From Candidatus Yanofskybacteria bacterium CG10_big_fil_rev_8_21_14_0_10_36_16 (lineage in GTDB: Bacteria > Patescibacteriota > Minisyncoccia > 2-02-FULL-40-12 > IGHO2-01-FULL-4-A), in contig PCXQ01000004.1 in assembly GCA_002794035.1 (NCBI GenBank), positions 97,213-161,212 of the forward strand: a stretch of 64,000 bases of DNA, in the 5' to 3' direction. Below the pieces are notes generated by a model. It was not told the DNA's origin and searched no databases. It saw only the letters and a program-made list of their open reading frames with translations. Shown here one piece after another: positions 50,333-59,255 of this stretch. Both the position numbers and the translations under genes were made by a program. Each line of letters begins with the position of its first letter. Position 1 is the first letter of the stretch.

Positions 50333-51372
50333 TTTAACTGTTGGTTATTGGCAATATTACACTTAGCTTTTTTACCCAAAAGTTTTTCAAAATTTACAGC
50401 TTTTATCTCGCCTGTACCTGGCCTTTTAACCCAAATATTATTCATCGTTAATTTTTCGCCTTTCTTTATATCTCTAATAGCAACAACGCAGGCATATGCA
50501 AAATCAATCGTTGGTTTCTCTTCTTTGAGAACTGACTTAGTGCCACCCCTGGCCTCATATACAGCTCGGGTTCCCACTATTAACTCAGAAAGCTCTTTGG
50601 GATCAATTGATATAGAAACATCTGGTCCTGGCCATTTTTTATTTGAAGTAAAATGCTTTTCTATTATTGATGCCCCAAGAGCAATAGCGGCAAAAGATGT
50701 GTAATTACCAAGAGAATGATCACTTAACCCAACAACTGCTCTTGGAAATGCTTTTTTAATCTGCTCAATTGCACCGAGATGGACCTTATTATAAGGAGTG
50801 GGATACATTGAGGTACAATGCAAAATTGCATGAGGAACCTTAGCTTGTTCTAAAATCTTAACAGCTGGTTTAAGTGAAGCAATATTATTCATGCCAGAGC
50901 TTAGAATAACTGGTTTACCGAATGAAGCGATATGCTTAACAAGAGGATAATTATTGCATTCACCAGAACCTATCTTAAATGCCTTGACCTTCATACGATT
51001 AAGACGATCTGCTGCTGCTCTTGAAAATGGGGTTGAAAGATAAATCATGCCTAAACTTTCAACATATTTTTTAATCTCTCTATCTTCCTTTTCACTCAAA
51101 GCACATCGAGACATTATATTCCAAATTGACTCTTTGGCATTTCCGGGAATTACCTTTTTGGCCTCTGGGATCATTTCATCATCAATTACATGGGCCTGAA
51201 ACTTAACGCACTCGGCACCACTTTTGTAAGCATCGAAAACCATTTTCTTGGCCTTTTTAACACTACCCTCGTGGTTTATACCAATTTCAGCAATAACAAG
51301 TGGAGGATGATTTGGCCCTATTTCTCTTTTTCCTATTTTGAAATTAATATCATTCATATTTTTATAAAACAA
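50308..51372 (-). CDS. Nonulosonic acid synthase (NeuB family), module 2
   Basis: IAEIGINHEGSVKKAKKMVFDAYKSGAECVKFQAH plus SAF domain. Confidence 0.85.
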   Translation of the reverse strand: MFYKNMNDINFKIGKREIGPNHPPLVIAEIGINHEGSVKKAKKMVFDAYKSGAECVKFQAHVIDDEMIPEAKKVIPGNAKESIWNIMSRCALSEKEDREIKKYVESLGMIYLSTPFSRAAADRLNRMKVKAFKIGSGECNNYPLVKHIASFGKPVILSSGMNNIASLKPAVKILEQAKVPHAILHCTSMYPTPYNKVHLGAIEQIKKAFPRAVVGLSDHSLGNYTSFAAIALGASIIEKHFTSNKKWPGPDVSISIDPKELSELIVGTRAVYEARGGTKSVLKEEKPTIDFAYACVVAIRDIKKGEKLTMNNIWVKRPGTGEIKAVNFEKLLGKKAKCNIANNQQLKWLHITKI

Positions 51373-52575
51373 TTAATGCACATAAACTTGATCATAAATA
51401 TCATTAATTGGCTTTAAATATCTGTCGAAATTTGAAACTCTTACTGGGTCTTCATAAAAAATCACCCTGTTAAGACCCAGCAATGGCTCTATAATTTTTG
51501 AATTAAAAGTAACTCCCTTACGAGTAAAATATTTTTTAAAAAATGAATCTTCTTTAGGACCATAGTTAAATTCCAAAACTTCTTTTTTTATAAACGCAAT
51601 TTTAAAATTGTTTTTAAAATAAGACAAAAAACAATTCTCTGTAAAGGAAGTAAAGTTAAAACCTATTATAATATCTCCTGGTTTTATTGGTGCCTTTTTG
51701 ATATTAAGAGCTGTTCTTATCCTACCGTAAATTCTCGCGGGCTTAAGAGAATAAAACCACCTTGGATATTCAAGCAAACAATCGAAATAATCACCAACCT
51801 CTTTAATGTCCATTACATCCCATCTGTGGTGCTTTTCTATAATTAACCCCACTTTATGTTGTAGTGATATTTTTTTTATTGCTCTAGCTAAAACTATTAT
51901 ATTAGGCAAAAGACCTGGATCACCAACAATAAACCAAGCAGTGCCAGCATATTTTGATAAAACATCTAAAAATTTTTCGGAAAAAACGGAATCCAATTGA
52001 TTTGATATATGTGCCCTACTTGCTTTTACCTCATTTTTTAAATCGGAAATGAAAAATTCTTTAGGCATTCCTTCAAAATAACGCCACAATCCTTTTCTCT
52101 TTTCAATAGTATAAGCAGATTCAATAACCGGTAAAAAAATATGAGCATCTATACCCATTTTATGAGCAGTCATGGATGCGCTTGATGCAGTAGAAAAAAT
52201 ATGTTTTATCCTGTCGTAATTTTTCATAATAACAAACTCGGCGACAGTTTTCTCTTTTAAAACATTGAAACCTCTAAGATCTAGAAGCGATGCCTCATCT
52301 GTTTCATGAGGATGAGCCTTGTACACTAATTTATAACCTGGATATTGCTTTCTTATATAATCAAGGCAAAGATTTGTTTTTTTAATAATTTCTTCCTCAC
52401 CTGAATAAATACTGGGTAAATTTTTAAAAGTAACACCCCAAAACATTACCAAATCTTTGGATTGTTGTTTTTTTTGTAAATCATCCCCGAACTGTTGCAA
52501 TAAATAATAAGGGATTGATATATTGAAAATATTTTTTTTGTCTGTATTAACCCCTGGTGGCAAATTTATTTTCAT
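51373..52575 (-). CDS. Uncharacterised protein family A (paralog of 37475..38662); candidate nonulosonic-acid transferase
   Basis: Shared motifs with 37475..38662; immediately upstream of and contiguous with neuB-like. Confidence 0.45.
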   Translation of the reverse strand: MKINLPPGVNTDKKNIFNISIPYYLLQQFGDDLQKKQQSKDLVMFWGVTFKNLPSIYSGEEEIIKKTNLCLDYIRKQYPGYKLVYKAHPHETDEASLLDLRGFNVLKEKTVAEFVIMKNYDRIKHIFSTASSASMTAHKMGIDAHIFLPVIESAYTIEKRKGLWRYFEGMPKEFFISDLKNEVKASRAHISNQLDSVFSEKFLDVLSKYAGTAWFIVGDPGLLPNIIVLARAIKKISLQHKVGLIIEKHHRWDVMDIKEVGDYFDCLLEYPRWFYSLKPARIYGRIRTALNIKKAPIKPGDIIIGFNFTSFTENCFLSYFKNNFKIAFIKKEVLEFNYGPKEDSFFKKYFTRKGVTFNSKIIEPLLGLNRVIFYEDPVRVSNFDRYLKPINDIYDQVYVH

Positions 52576-52579
52576 AAAA

Positions 52580-53575
52580 CTATACCTCCTTTATCTTTTT
52601 AAATACTATCCTCATATGGTTACTCAATTTTTGATTATCAATTATTGCTTGCATTACAGGTATAAATTCTTTCATCTTTGCAGGATAATTAAACTTATCA
52701 TCATATTGTTTCATAAATAGATAATCCATTAAATCCAGCCCATAATAATCAATTGAAGCAACTTCAAACCCTGTTTTTTTAGCTAAATAATCTAAAGATC
52801 TATTATCATAAAAACAAAGATGTAAAAAAGGTCTTAGCAAATTCTGCCTCTCACCCATTAGCATAAACGCCACGGAATGTATGTTCGGAGTATATGCTAA
52901 AACATAACCCCTTTTATCTAGCTTGGCATTTAATGTTTTGAAAAAAGAAACTGGATTTTCTAAATGTTCTATGACATCAAATAAGGTAATCGCATTGTAA
53001 TAATTTTCTGGCTCTTCTGAAAGATCATTACTGTCAGCATTTAAACCCATTTCTTTGCACATGCCCACCAAAAAATCAGAAACTTCCAACCCTTTATTTA
53101 TAATCTTTTTATCTTTTAGATGACTAATAAAATAACCTGGGCCACAACCCACATCTAAAACCTTAGCATCAGTCTTTGAAAGACCAGTTTTTTCCAATAA
53201 ATAGTTCAACCTTTCTGTTGCATAATTTTTCTTCCTGTAATCATAGGTTGCATAAACCTGTTTTTTTATATTGTCGTTTGCTTTCTCGTCATCATTAAGC
53301 TCTGCCATGTCTATTTTTGAAAAATCAATACTTGGACAAACAGCTCCGCATTTTTTACATTCCAAAAGTTCATATGTTTTTTTATAGATAAGGAATTTAT
53401 CTCCTTTTGTGTTGCCACAAAGAAAACATTTAAATTGGCTCGGCGTTAAAATTGCCTTTTTAAATTTATTAAAAACATGTGTATCATAATCCACAGTTTT
53501 TTTATAAAAATTTTTAGACCTAAGTTTTATGGGGTCTAAATTAAATATTTTGTAATTTTTTAATATATTTCTCAT
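52580..53575 (-). CDS. Class I SAM-dependent methyltransferase with N-terminal Cys cluster
   Basis: VLDVGCGPGYF motif I; CFLCGN...CKKCG zinc-ribbon-like N-terminus. Confidence 0.7.
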   Translation of the reverse strand: MRNILKNYKIFNLDPIKLRSKNFYKKTVDYDTHVFNKFKKAILTPSQFKCFLCGNTKGDKFLIYKKTYELLECKKCGAVCPSIDFSKIDMAELNDDEKANDNIKKQVYATYDYRKKNYATERLNYLLEKTGLSKTDAKVLDVGCGPGYFISHLKDKKIINKGLEVSDFLVGMCKEMGLNADSNDLSEEPENYYNAITLFDVIEHLENPVSFFKTLNAKLDKRGYVLAYTPNIHSVAFMLMGERQNLLRPFLHLCFYDNRSLDYLAKKTGFEVASIDYYGLDLMDYLFMKQYDDKFNYPAKMKEFIPVMQAIIDNQKLSNHMRIVFKKIKEV

Positions 53576-53697
53576 GTTTTATGTTATTTTTTTAACTAAT
53601 TAAAATTTGATTAAAAATTTTCTTATTTTCAAAACCCATCTAAGATTAAATTAAATTTATTTTATATAAATATACACTTAAAAACATCATGAAAATA

Positions 53698-55488
53698 CTA
53701 ATTTCTTATATTATAAAGTTTATAAAAATGAGAATCTTTATCTGATAAAAGCTTATCAGGAGTTCCCTGTTCAACTATTTTACCTTTTTCCAAAACTATA
53801 AGCTTGTCTGAATTTTTAACAGTTGACAGTCGGTGAGCAATAGCAAGAACAGTAACTCTCCCCTTAAGATTTTCTATGGCTTTTTGAATAGCTATTTCCG
53901 ATTTAGCATCTAGAGAACTAGTTGCCTCATCTAATATCAAAATTTCTGGCTGCCTTGCTAAGGTTCTTGCCAAAGCAATTCTTTGTCTTTGACCACCCGA
54001 AAGTTTTAAACCTCTTTCACCAATATTTGTATCATATCCCTCTGGAAGCTTTTTTATAAAATCGTGAATATTTGATAATTTAGCTGCATGTTCAACATCT
54101 TGATTTGTTATTGTTGAATCATAAAATTTTATATTATTTTTTATAGTATCATTCATCATAAAAACATCTTGTGGCACATAACCAATTTTTCTTCTCCAAC
54201 TTTTAATATTAAATTCTGAGATATTTTTCCCATCTACCAAAATTTCTCCGGATGAAGGATAGAACAATCTTAAAATTAAATCTGCTATGGTGGTTTTACC
54301 AGCACCAGACACACCAACCAAGCCTACCATTTCTCCCTTTTTTATTTCAAAATTAACATTTGATATAACCTTTGTAGAATCTTCGTAAGCAAAAGAAATA
54401 TCTTTTAGTTCTATCTTGTCTTTAAATTCAAAATTAACAGATCCTGAGTATTCTTCTTTGTTTGATGTAGCCAAGGACCTAAAATCAATAACGGTTTGAA
54501 CATAAGGAGACATCTCGCTTATTCTATGAATGCTACCCTGAGCTGCCTGAATGAAAGAAAACATTTTTTGAATCAAATACACAACAGCACCAAATGATAT
54601 AACACTAAAGCTTGGAGAATTTAAATAAAAACCAAACAATATAGCCACAAAAACAAAACCCACCGGCTCAAATATGGAACCGACGGAATGCACATAAATA
54701 GAAACTTGCACCCTAGCCTTTTTTAAATTTTCAAAATAACCCAAGCTTTTATTAGTTACTCTATCTTCTGCAGAAGATGTTTTAACTATTTTAGATCCCA
54801 AAATACTCTCGCTTACATGATGCGTTACTAATTTTTCGGTATCGGCAAGTTCTTTTGACTTAGATCTTGTCTTGTAAAAAATTGGCTTAAACACAAACAG
54901 CAAAAATAAACCAAACACCATCGTAACAATGGTAATAACGGCAGATATATTAAACGCAACAATTGCGTACATGAAAAAACTAGTTGTAAATATAATCAAC
55001 GTACTTAAATGCACAAACATTCTGGAACTAATCGTAACATCATTCATTAAAACTCGCTCAACATATCCAAGACGTTGATTAATTAAATAAGGCCACCTTG
55101 AATGCATAACCTTATTGAAAAGATCAGCCCTTACCTCCTCTTCATATTCTGCCGCTGTTTTATCATTTATATATTTATACAAAAAATTAATTACCCCTTT
55201 AATTATAAACATTACTGTTATAAAAAAGACTACAGACATCAAACTGAATGGAATATGCAAAAATTCAAAAACACTTTTTAGTAATTCTGTGATCGCATTA
55301 CCTTCCTCTACCAAATCCCCTGCGACAATTGAAAAAAGAGGTATTATAGCTCCAACACCAAAACCACCCGACAAACCGGACAAAACCCCCAAAACAAAAA
55401 TAAGCAATAATCTTTTTCTATACCTCCTAAACCCCCTAAAAGCCAGTCTTATTATTCGTTTTATTTTTTTGCTATTAATTAAAAACAT
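53698..55488 (-). CDS. ABC transporter, fused permease/ATPase exporter (MsbA-like)
   Basis: 6-TM domain + Walker A GVSGAGKTT, signature LSGGQRQRIALAR, Walker B ILILDEATS. Confidence 0.85.
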   Translation of the reverse strand: MFLINSKKIKRIIRLAFRGFRRYRKRLLLIFVLGVLSGLSGGFGVGAIIPLFSIVAGDLVEEGNAITELLKSVFEFLHIPFSLMSVVFFITVMFIIKGVINFLYKYINDKTAAEYEEEVRADLFNKVMHSRWPYLINQRLGYVERVLMNDVTISSRMFVHLSTLIIFTTSFFMYAIVAFNISAVITIVTMVFGLFLLFVFKPIFYKTRSKSKELADTEKLVTHHVSESILGSKIVKTSSAEDRVTNKSLGYFENLKKARVQVSIYVHSVGSIFEPVGFVFVAILFGFYLNSPSFSVISFGAVVYLIQKMFSFIQAAQGSIHRISEMSPYVQTVIDFRSLATSNKEEYSGSVNFEFKDKIELKDISFAYEDSTKVISNVNFEIKKGEMVGLVGVSGAGKTTIADLILRLFYPSSGEILVDGKNISEFNIKSWRRKIGYVPQDVFMMNDTIKNNIKFYDSTITNQDVEHAAKLSNIHDFIKKLPEGYDTNIGERGLKLSGGQRQRIALARTLARQPEILILDEATSSLDAKSEIAIQKAIENLKGRVTVLAIAHRLSTVKNSDKLIVLEKGKIVEQGTPDKLLSDKDSHFYKLYNIRN

Positions 55489-55511
55489 ATGAAATTTATT
55501 AAATTAGATAA

Positions 55512-55793
55512 TTACCAATCTTTAATATTATTTTTAATATTTTTTTTAAAATCTTGATAACTTGCTACTGCCTTTCTCTCAACAGAAGGAGACAAAACAC
55601 GCAAAAGTTCTTTACCCATTATTCGATATTGTCCACCAACCTTATTTGCCCTAATTATTCCAGTTTTTAATAATCTTTTTATGGTACTCTCGCTTATCTT
55701 AAGCAACCCCCTAGCTTCGGAGGTTGTATATACTTCATTATGATTAATTTCTTTGTTAGAATTCTCGATCATATACATATTAAAACGTATCAA
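55512..55793 (-). CDS. Small HTH DNA-binding protein (HTH_17/excisionase-MerR-like)
   Basis: YTTSEARGLLKISESTIKRLLKTGIIRANKVGGQYRI resembles HTH_17. Confidence 0.5.
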   Translation of the reverse strand: MIRFNMYMIENSNKEINHNEVYTTSEARGLLKISESTIKRLLKTGIIRANKVGGQYRIMGKELLRVLSPSVERKAVASYQDFKKNIKNNIKDW

Positions 55794-55828
55794 AAAGGGT
55801 CAAAAAGTTCAATATTGACACTGTATTT

Positions 55829-55855
55829 AAAAAGCGGCCTTGTACCGCTTTTTTA
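55829..55855. terminator. Bidirectional hairpin terminator (agcgg-ccttgta-ccgct flanked by A/T runs)
   Basis: Hairpin + T-run on both strands at stop of GT-C gene. Confidence 0.5.
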
Positions 55856-57529
55856 CTCTACCATCGCCTCTTCTGATTTTTTACAATCATATATTATAGC
55901 TGGGATGTGGCCTGAGTATTTTTGGTAGATTATTTTGCAGGAATCAAAATATTTTGTGTACATACTATCTTCTTCTATTTTTGGAATGTTTATAACAAGA
56001 TAATGGCCGTGAAAACTATTTAGTAAATCTGCATGTACTTTTTCATTTTTTGGTATAGCATAAATTCTTTTTTCATATTTACCAATATTAGTTAGCTCTG
56101 TCCCGCCAATATCACGGTAAGTTATTATGCTTTTAATTTCATCATTATCTTCTATATATCTCACGGCATTATTTAAAAGTGCATAAGAATCACCGTTAAA
56201 TTTACCGAATAAATACTCTTCAACAAAAATAAAATTGTACAGAGCACCCACCACTAATACTGCAATTAAAACGCCCTGCCTCAACTTTCTTTTTGCAAAA
56301 TACAATACAACTAGCGTTGCTGTTAAAATCCATACAACTCCAATAAATAACCACGAAACATAAAAACCAAGAGGACCAGAACCACCCGTAAAAGGAAACA
56401 AGAAGTTCCAATCAAAACTTAAAATTCTGCCAAACCATTCCTCTTTTGGATACTGTGGAGGTGCAACATGGGGCAAGAAATTTATAAACAACAAAACAGC
56501 TCCGGCATATAAAGCCCAAAAAACACTTAATTTATTTTTTAACACCTGCCTTATACCTCCTGCCCCTTTTAAAAAATCTGAAATAGCAACACCTGATATC
56601 ACAGAAAGAGGTACGACAATCAAAGCCAGGTATTTATCCAGTGCTGCACGGGAAAAATCAAATAAAACCACATAAAAAAGAAAACTTAAAATAAAAAATA
56701 TTATAAAAATCCTTATTTCAGCCAATCGTTTTCTGGTGATAAAAAACGGAATTGCAATAAGCAATGGAGATGCATAAAAAATAGCTTTTGAAACTTGTAT
56801 TAATATCTGTAGATAGCTTCTCCCTGAAATATTTGAAAAATCACGAGCATAATTAATTGCCTTCAATACGCCACCGTCTTGTAAGATTGATTCGGCCCTA
56901 AAAAATAAAAATCCCCCAACAGCCAAAATACCCAAAACCAAAAAAGTAGTACCTCTAATAAGCTTCTTTGAAAACAGGTGCCTTTTCTCAAATATGAAGT
57001 CCGTAATTATTGCACCAATTAATATAATAAAGCTTAGCTTAGTAAAAAATCCTAAGGCTAATGAAACTAAAAGCGCTATCCCCCATTTATAACTATCCAC
57101 CTCTCTAAATTTAAAATAATAAACTAAGGACAACAAAAAGGAAAATGGTAAAACAGCCCCATCCAAATCAACAGTATGAGAAGCTAAAACACTATAGAAA
57201 GATATTGAAAAAAATAAAGATGACCATAATGCTGCCTTTATGCCAAACCAGCGTTTTACAAGATAATAAAGTAAAAATAAATTAGCGATACTAAAAATAA
57301 ACGGAGTAAATCTAAAATTATCATTGCCAAAAACTGTTGCCGTTAAGCTCCACAAAAACTCCCCAATGGGCGGATGAGGTGTATCAATCATCTCCCCGCT
57401 GCCAAACGGGCCAACCCCGGCATATTTACGTTCATCCTGAAAGTAAGAAAAATCCAATCCCCAAACGCGAATTAAAATAAAAATTGCCAAAATTATGGCA
57501 AGAATAATAATTTCTTTCTTTCTATTCAT
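55853..57529 (-). CDS. GT-C fold polytopic membrane glycosyltransferase (ArnT/PMT-like, GT39/83-type)
   Basis: About 12 TM helices, DE-containing first extracytoplasmic loop (YFQDERKY), C-terminal soluble domain. Confidence 0.55.
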   Translation of the reverse strand: MNRKKEIIILAIILAIFILIRVWGLDFSYFQDERKYAGVGPFGSGEMIDTPHPPIGEFLWSLTATVFGNDNFRFTPFIFSIANLFLLYYLVKRWFGIKAALWSSLFFSISFYSVLASHTVDLDGAVLPFSFLLSLVYYFKFREVDSYKWGIALLVSLALGFFTKLSFIILIGAIITDFIFEKRHLFSKKLIRGTTFLVLGILAVGGFLFFRAESILQDGGVLKAINYARDFSNISGRSYLQILIQVSKAIFYASPLLIAIPFFITRKRLAEIRIFIIFFILSFLFYVVLFDFSRAALDKYLALIVVPLSVISGVAISDFLKGAGGIRQVLKNKLSVFWALYAGAVLLFINFLPHVAPPQYPKEEWFGRILSFDWNFLFPFTGGSGPLGFYVSWLFIGVVWILTATLVVLYFAKRKLRQGVLIAVLVVGALYNFIFVEEYLFGKFNGDSYALLNNAVRYIEDNDEIKSIITYRDIGGTELTNIGKYEKRIYAIPKNEKVHADLLNSFHGHYLVINIPKIEEDSMYTKYFDSCKIIYQKYSGHIPAIIYDCKKSEEAMVE

Positions 57530-57551
57530 TATTTAACATCTCTTTATGCAT

Positions 57552-57590
57552 TACACACATCCTTAAATTCTCAAGTTTTTCAGTATGTAT
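57552..57590. promoter_or_regulatory. Conserved upstream motif copy 1 (acacatccttaaattctcaagttttt...), candidate operator
   Basis: 28-nt exact match to 58821-58848; 22-60 nt upstream of GT-C start. Confidence 0.55.
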
Positions 57591-57622
57591 TTTGTGTGGT
57601 GTAATACTTTATAATTTATATT

Positions 57623-58795
57623 TTAGAATTTAAAACTTCCAAAAAATTCATAAAATTTCTGGGCAATCACACTGTTTGAGTAATGATTAATAACATAATT
57701 GCGCCCAGCTTCGCCAAAACGTTTTTTTAATTCTTTATCCTTAGCCAATCTTAACATAGCCTCAGCCAGTTGGGCTTGGTTATTCTCCTCAACTAAAATA
57801 CCGGTTATCTCATCTACTACCACATCTTCTATCGAACCTGATTTTGTAGCAATAACAGGCAATTCGCAAAGCGACGCTTCTGCCATGGAATAACCAAACT
57901 GTTCAGCCCATCCCTTATTACTAATACTAGGGTATAAAAATATATCAGATGATGCCAAGAGTTCCGGAAGTTCTTCATGACTAAGCCAAGGAATTCTTAT
58001 AACATATTTTTTAATTTTTAAGTCACCAATCAATTCATCAATCTCTTTTTCATATTCTCCTGATCCTGCAATAATAAAACAAGTGTCGGGTAAATTCTTT
58101 TTTATTTCAGCAAAGGATTTAAGGGCTACATGTACTCCCTTTCTATATCCTATGGCACCAGCAAAAGCAAATACTATTTTATTTTCTAATTTATGTTTTT
58201 TTATAAAACCAGATGCATTACTTGGTTTAAATTTAAATTCATCTAGTCCGGCAATAGGAATAACATCAAGTGGCTTATCAGTGAGGCCCAAAAATATTTC
58301 CTTACATTTTTTGTTGCCACAAACCACTCCGTCAACGAACTTTATATTAAGCTTTAAAATTAATTTCAAAACAAAACCTTTTGGACCCTTAAATTTTTCA
58401 TCAAAAGGAATATTTTCCCAACTGAATACGACGTGCTTTAGTCCAAATATTTTTGCCCAAATTCCATTCCAAAGCGTTGAAAGCAAAACTGGTTCTAAAG
58501 CACTATAAAGCATTTTTACATCTTTTGTTTTTGCCAGCGCCAAATGAAAAGGCAAAAACGGCATCCAGCCCTTAAGAGTTCCCCCGATAAGCGGATAATT
58601 TGAATGATAAAAAAGAGTAGTTGTTTTGCGTATCTTTAAATAATTGTTTTTGGGCGGTCTGTATTCTACTTTACCCCCTTTTGCCTTCCATAGTCTTGGC
58701 AACAAAAAAACCAAATCCTCAGGCTTGGGATATTTTTCAAACGTCTTTATATATGACTCTTTGATATACGGATAACCCGTAACTAATATCTTCAT
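57623..58795 (-). CDS. Glycosyltransferase family 1 (GT4)
   Basis: GT-B C-terminal domain with EX7E motif (EQFGYSMAEASLCELPVIAT). Confidence 0.8.
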   Translation of the reverse strand: MKILVTGYPYIKESYIKTFEKYPKPEDLVFLLPRLWKAKGGKVEYRPPKNNYLKIRKTTTLFYHSNYPLIGGTLKGWMPFLPFHLALAKTKDVKMLYSALEPVLLSTLWNGIWAKIFGLKHVVFSWENIPFDEKFKGPKGFVLKLILKLNIKFVDGVVCGNKKCKEIFLGLTDKPLDVIPIAGLDEFKFKPSNASGFIKKHKLENKIVFAFAGAIGYRKGVHVALKSFAEIKKNLPDTCFIIAGSGEYEKEIDELIGDLKIKKYVIRIPWLSHEELPELLASSDIFLYPSISNKGWAEQFGYSMAEASLCELPVIATKSGSIEDVVVDEITGILVEENNQAQLAEAMLRLAKDKELKKRFGEAGRNYVINHYSNSVIAQKFYEFFGSFKF

Positions 58796-58818
58796 TCATA
58801 CCCCCACTCCTTTATCTA

Positions 58819-58852
58819 TACACATCCTTAAATTCTCAAGTTTTTAAGGATG
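58819..58852. promoter_or_regulatory. Conserved upstream motif copy 2 with perfect 10-bp inverted repeat catccttaaa-N10-tttaaggatg
   Basis: Perfect IR seen in sequence; 24-57 nt upstream of GT4 start. Confidence 0.6.
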
Positions 58853-58900
58853 TAATTTGATTTTGTGGGTTTATAAATTAAAAAATGGATTTTTACTTTA

Positions 58901-59188
58901 TTATTGTTCCAATTGAAATGCTTTTAAAAACTTAACAAACCTTTTACCATACGGGGAGAGGGTGTGTTCAACAAAATGATCGCGATATTTTTTATTAAGT
59001 AACCCTGCCGTAAAAAGTCGTCTAGTGTGCTCACCAATTGTTTTCTCATTTGCTTTTAGTGTTTTGGCTATTTTTTCTAAAGTTATTTTTGGACTATCTG
59101 CTACGAGCAGAAGAATCTCTATACGATAATGGTTGGCTATTCCTTTTAGGTGCCTCTCCATTTGTTTTGCTGTTTTGGTTTTATTCAT
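58901..59188 (-). CDS. ArsR/SmtB-like winged-helix transcriptional regulator
   Basis: HLKGIANHYRIEILLLV resembles ArsR HTH; likely start MNKTKTAKQ at 59188. Confidence 0.5.
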   Translation of the reverse strand: MNKTKTAKQMERHLKGIANHYRIEILLLVADSPKITLEKIAKTLKANEKTIGEHTRRLFTAGLLNKKYRDHFVEHTLSPYGKRFVKFLKAFQLEQ

Positions 59189-59202
59189 AATGTTTCTAGT
59201 AT

Positions 59203-59239
59203 ACACAGCATACTTAAATTCTTAAGTTTTTAAGGATAT
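59203..59239. promoter_or_regulatory. Conserved upstream motif copy 3 (acacagcatacttaaattcttaagtttttaaggata)
   Basis: Degenerate copy of the motif, 15-51 nt upstream of the ArsR-like gene. Confidence 0.5.
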
Positions 59240-59255
59240 ATTTTTGTTGGTGTTT

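Noticed and set aside
55512-55793. HTH_17 excisionase-family DNA-binding protein as evidence of a mobile element
   Set aside because: No integrase, recombinase, transposase or phage structural genes occur anywhere in the window. The small HTH is more likely a local transcription factor.
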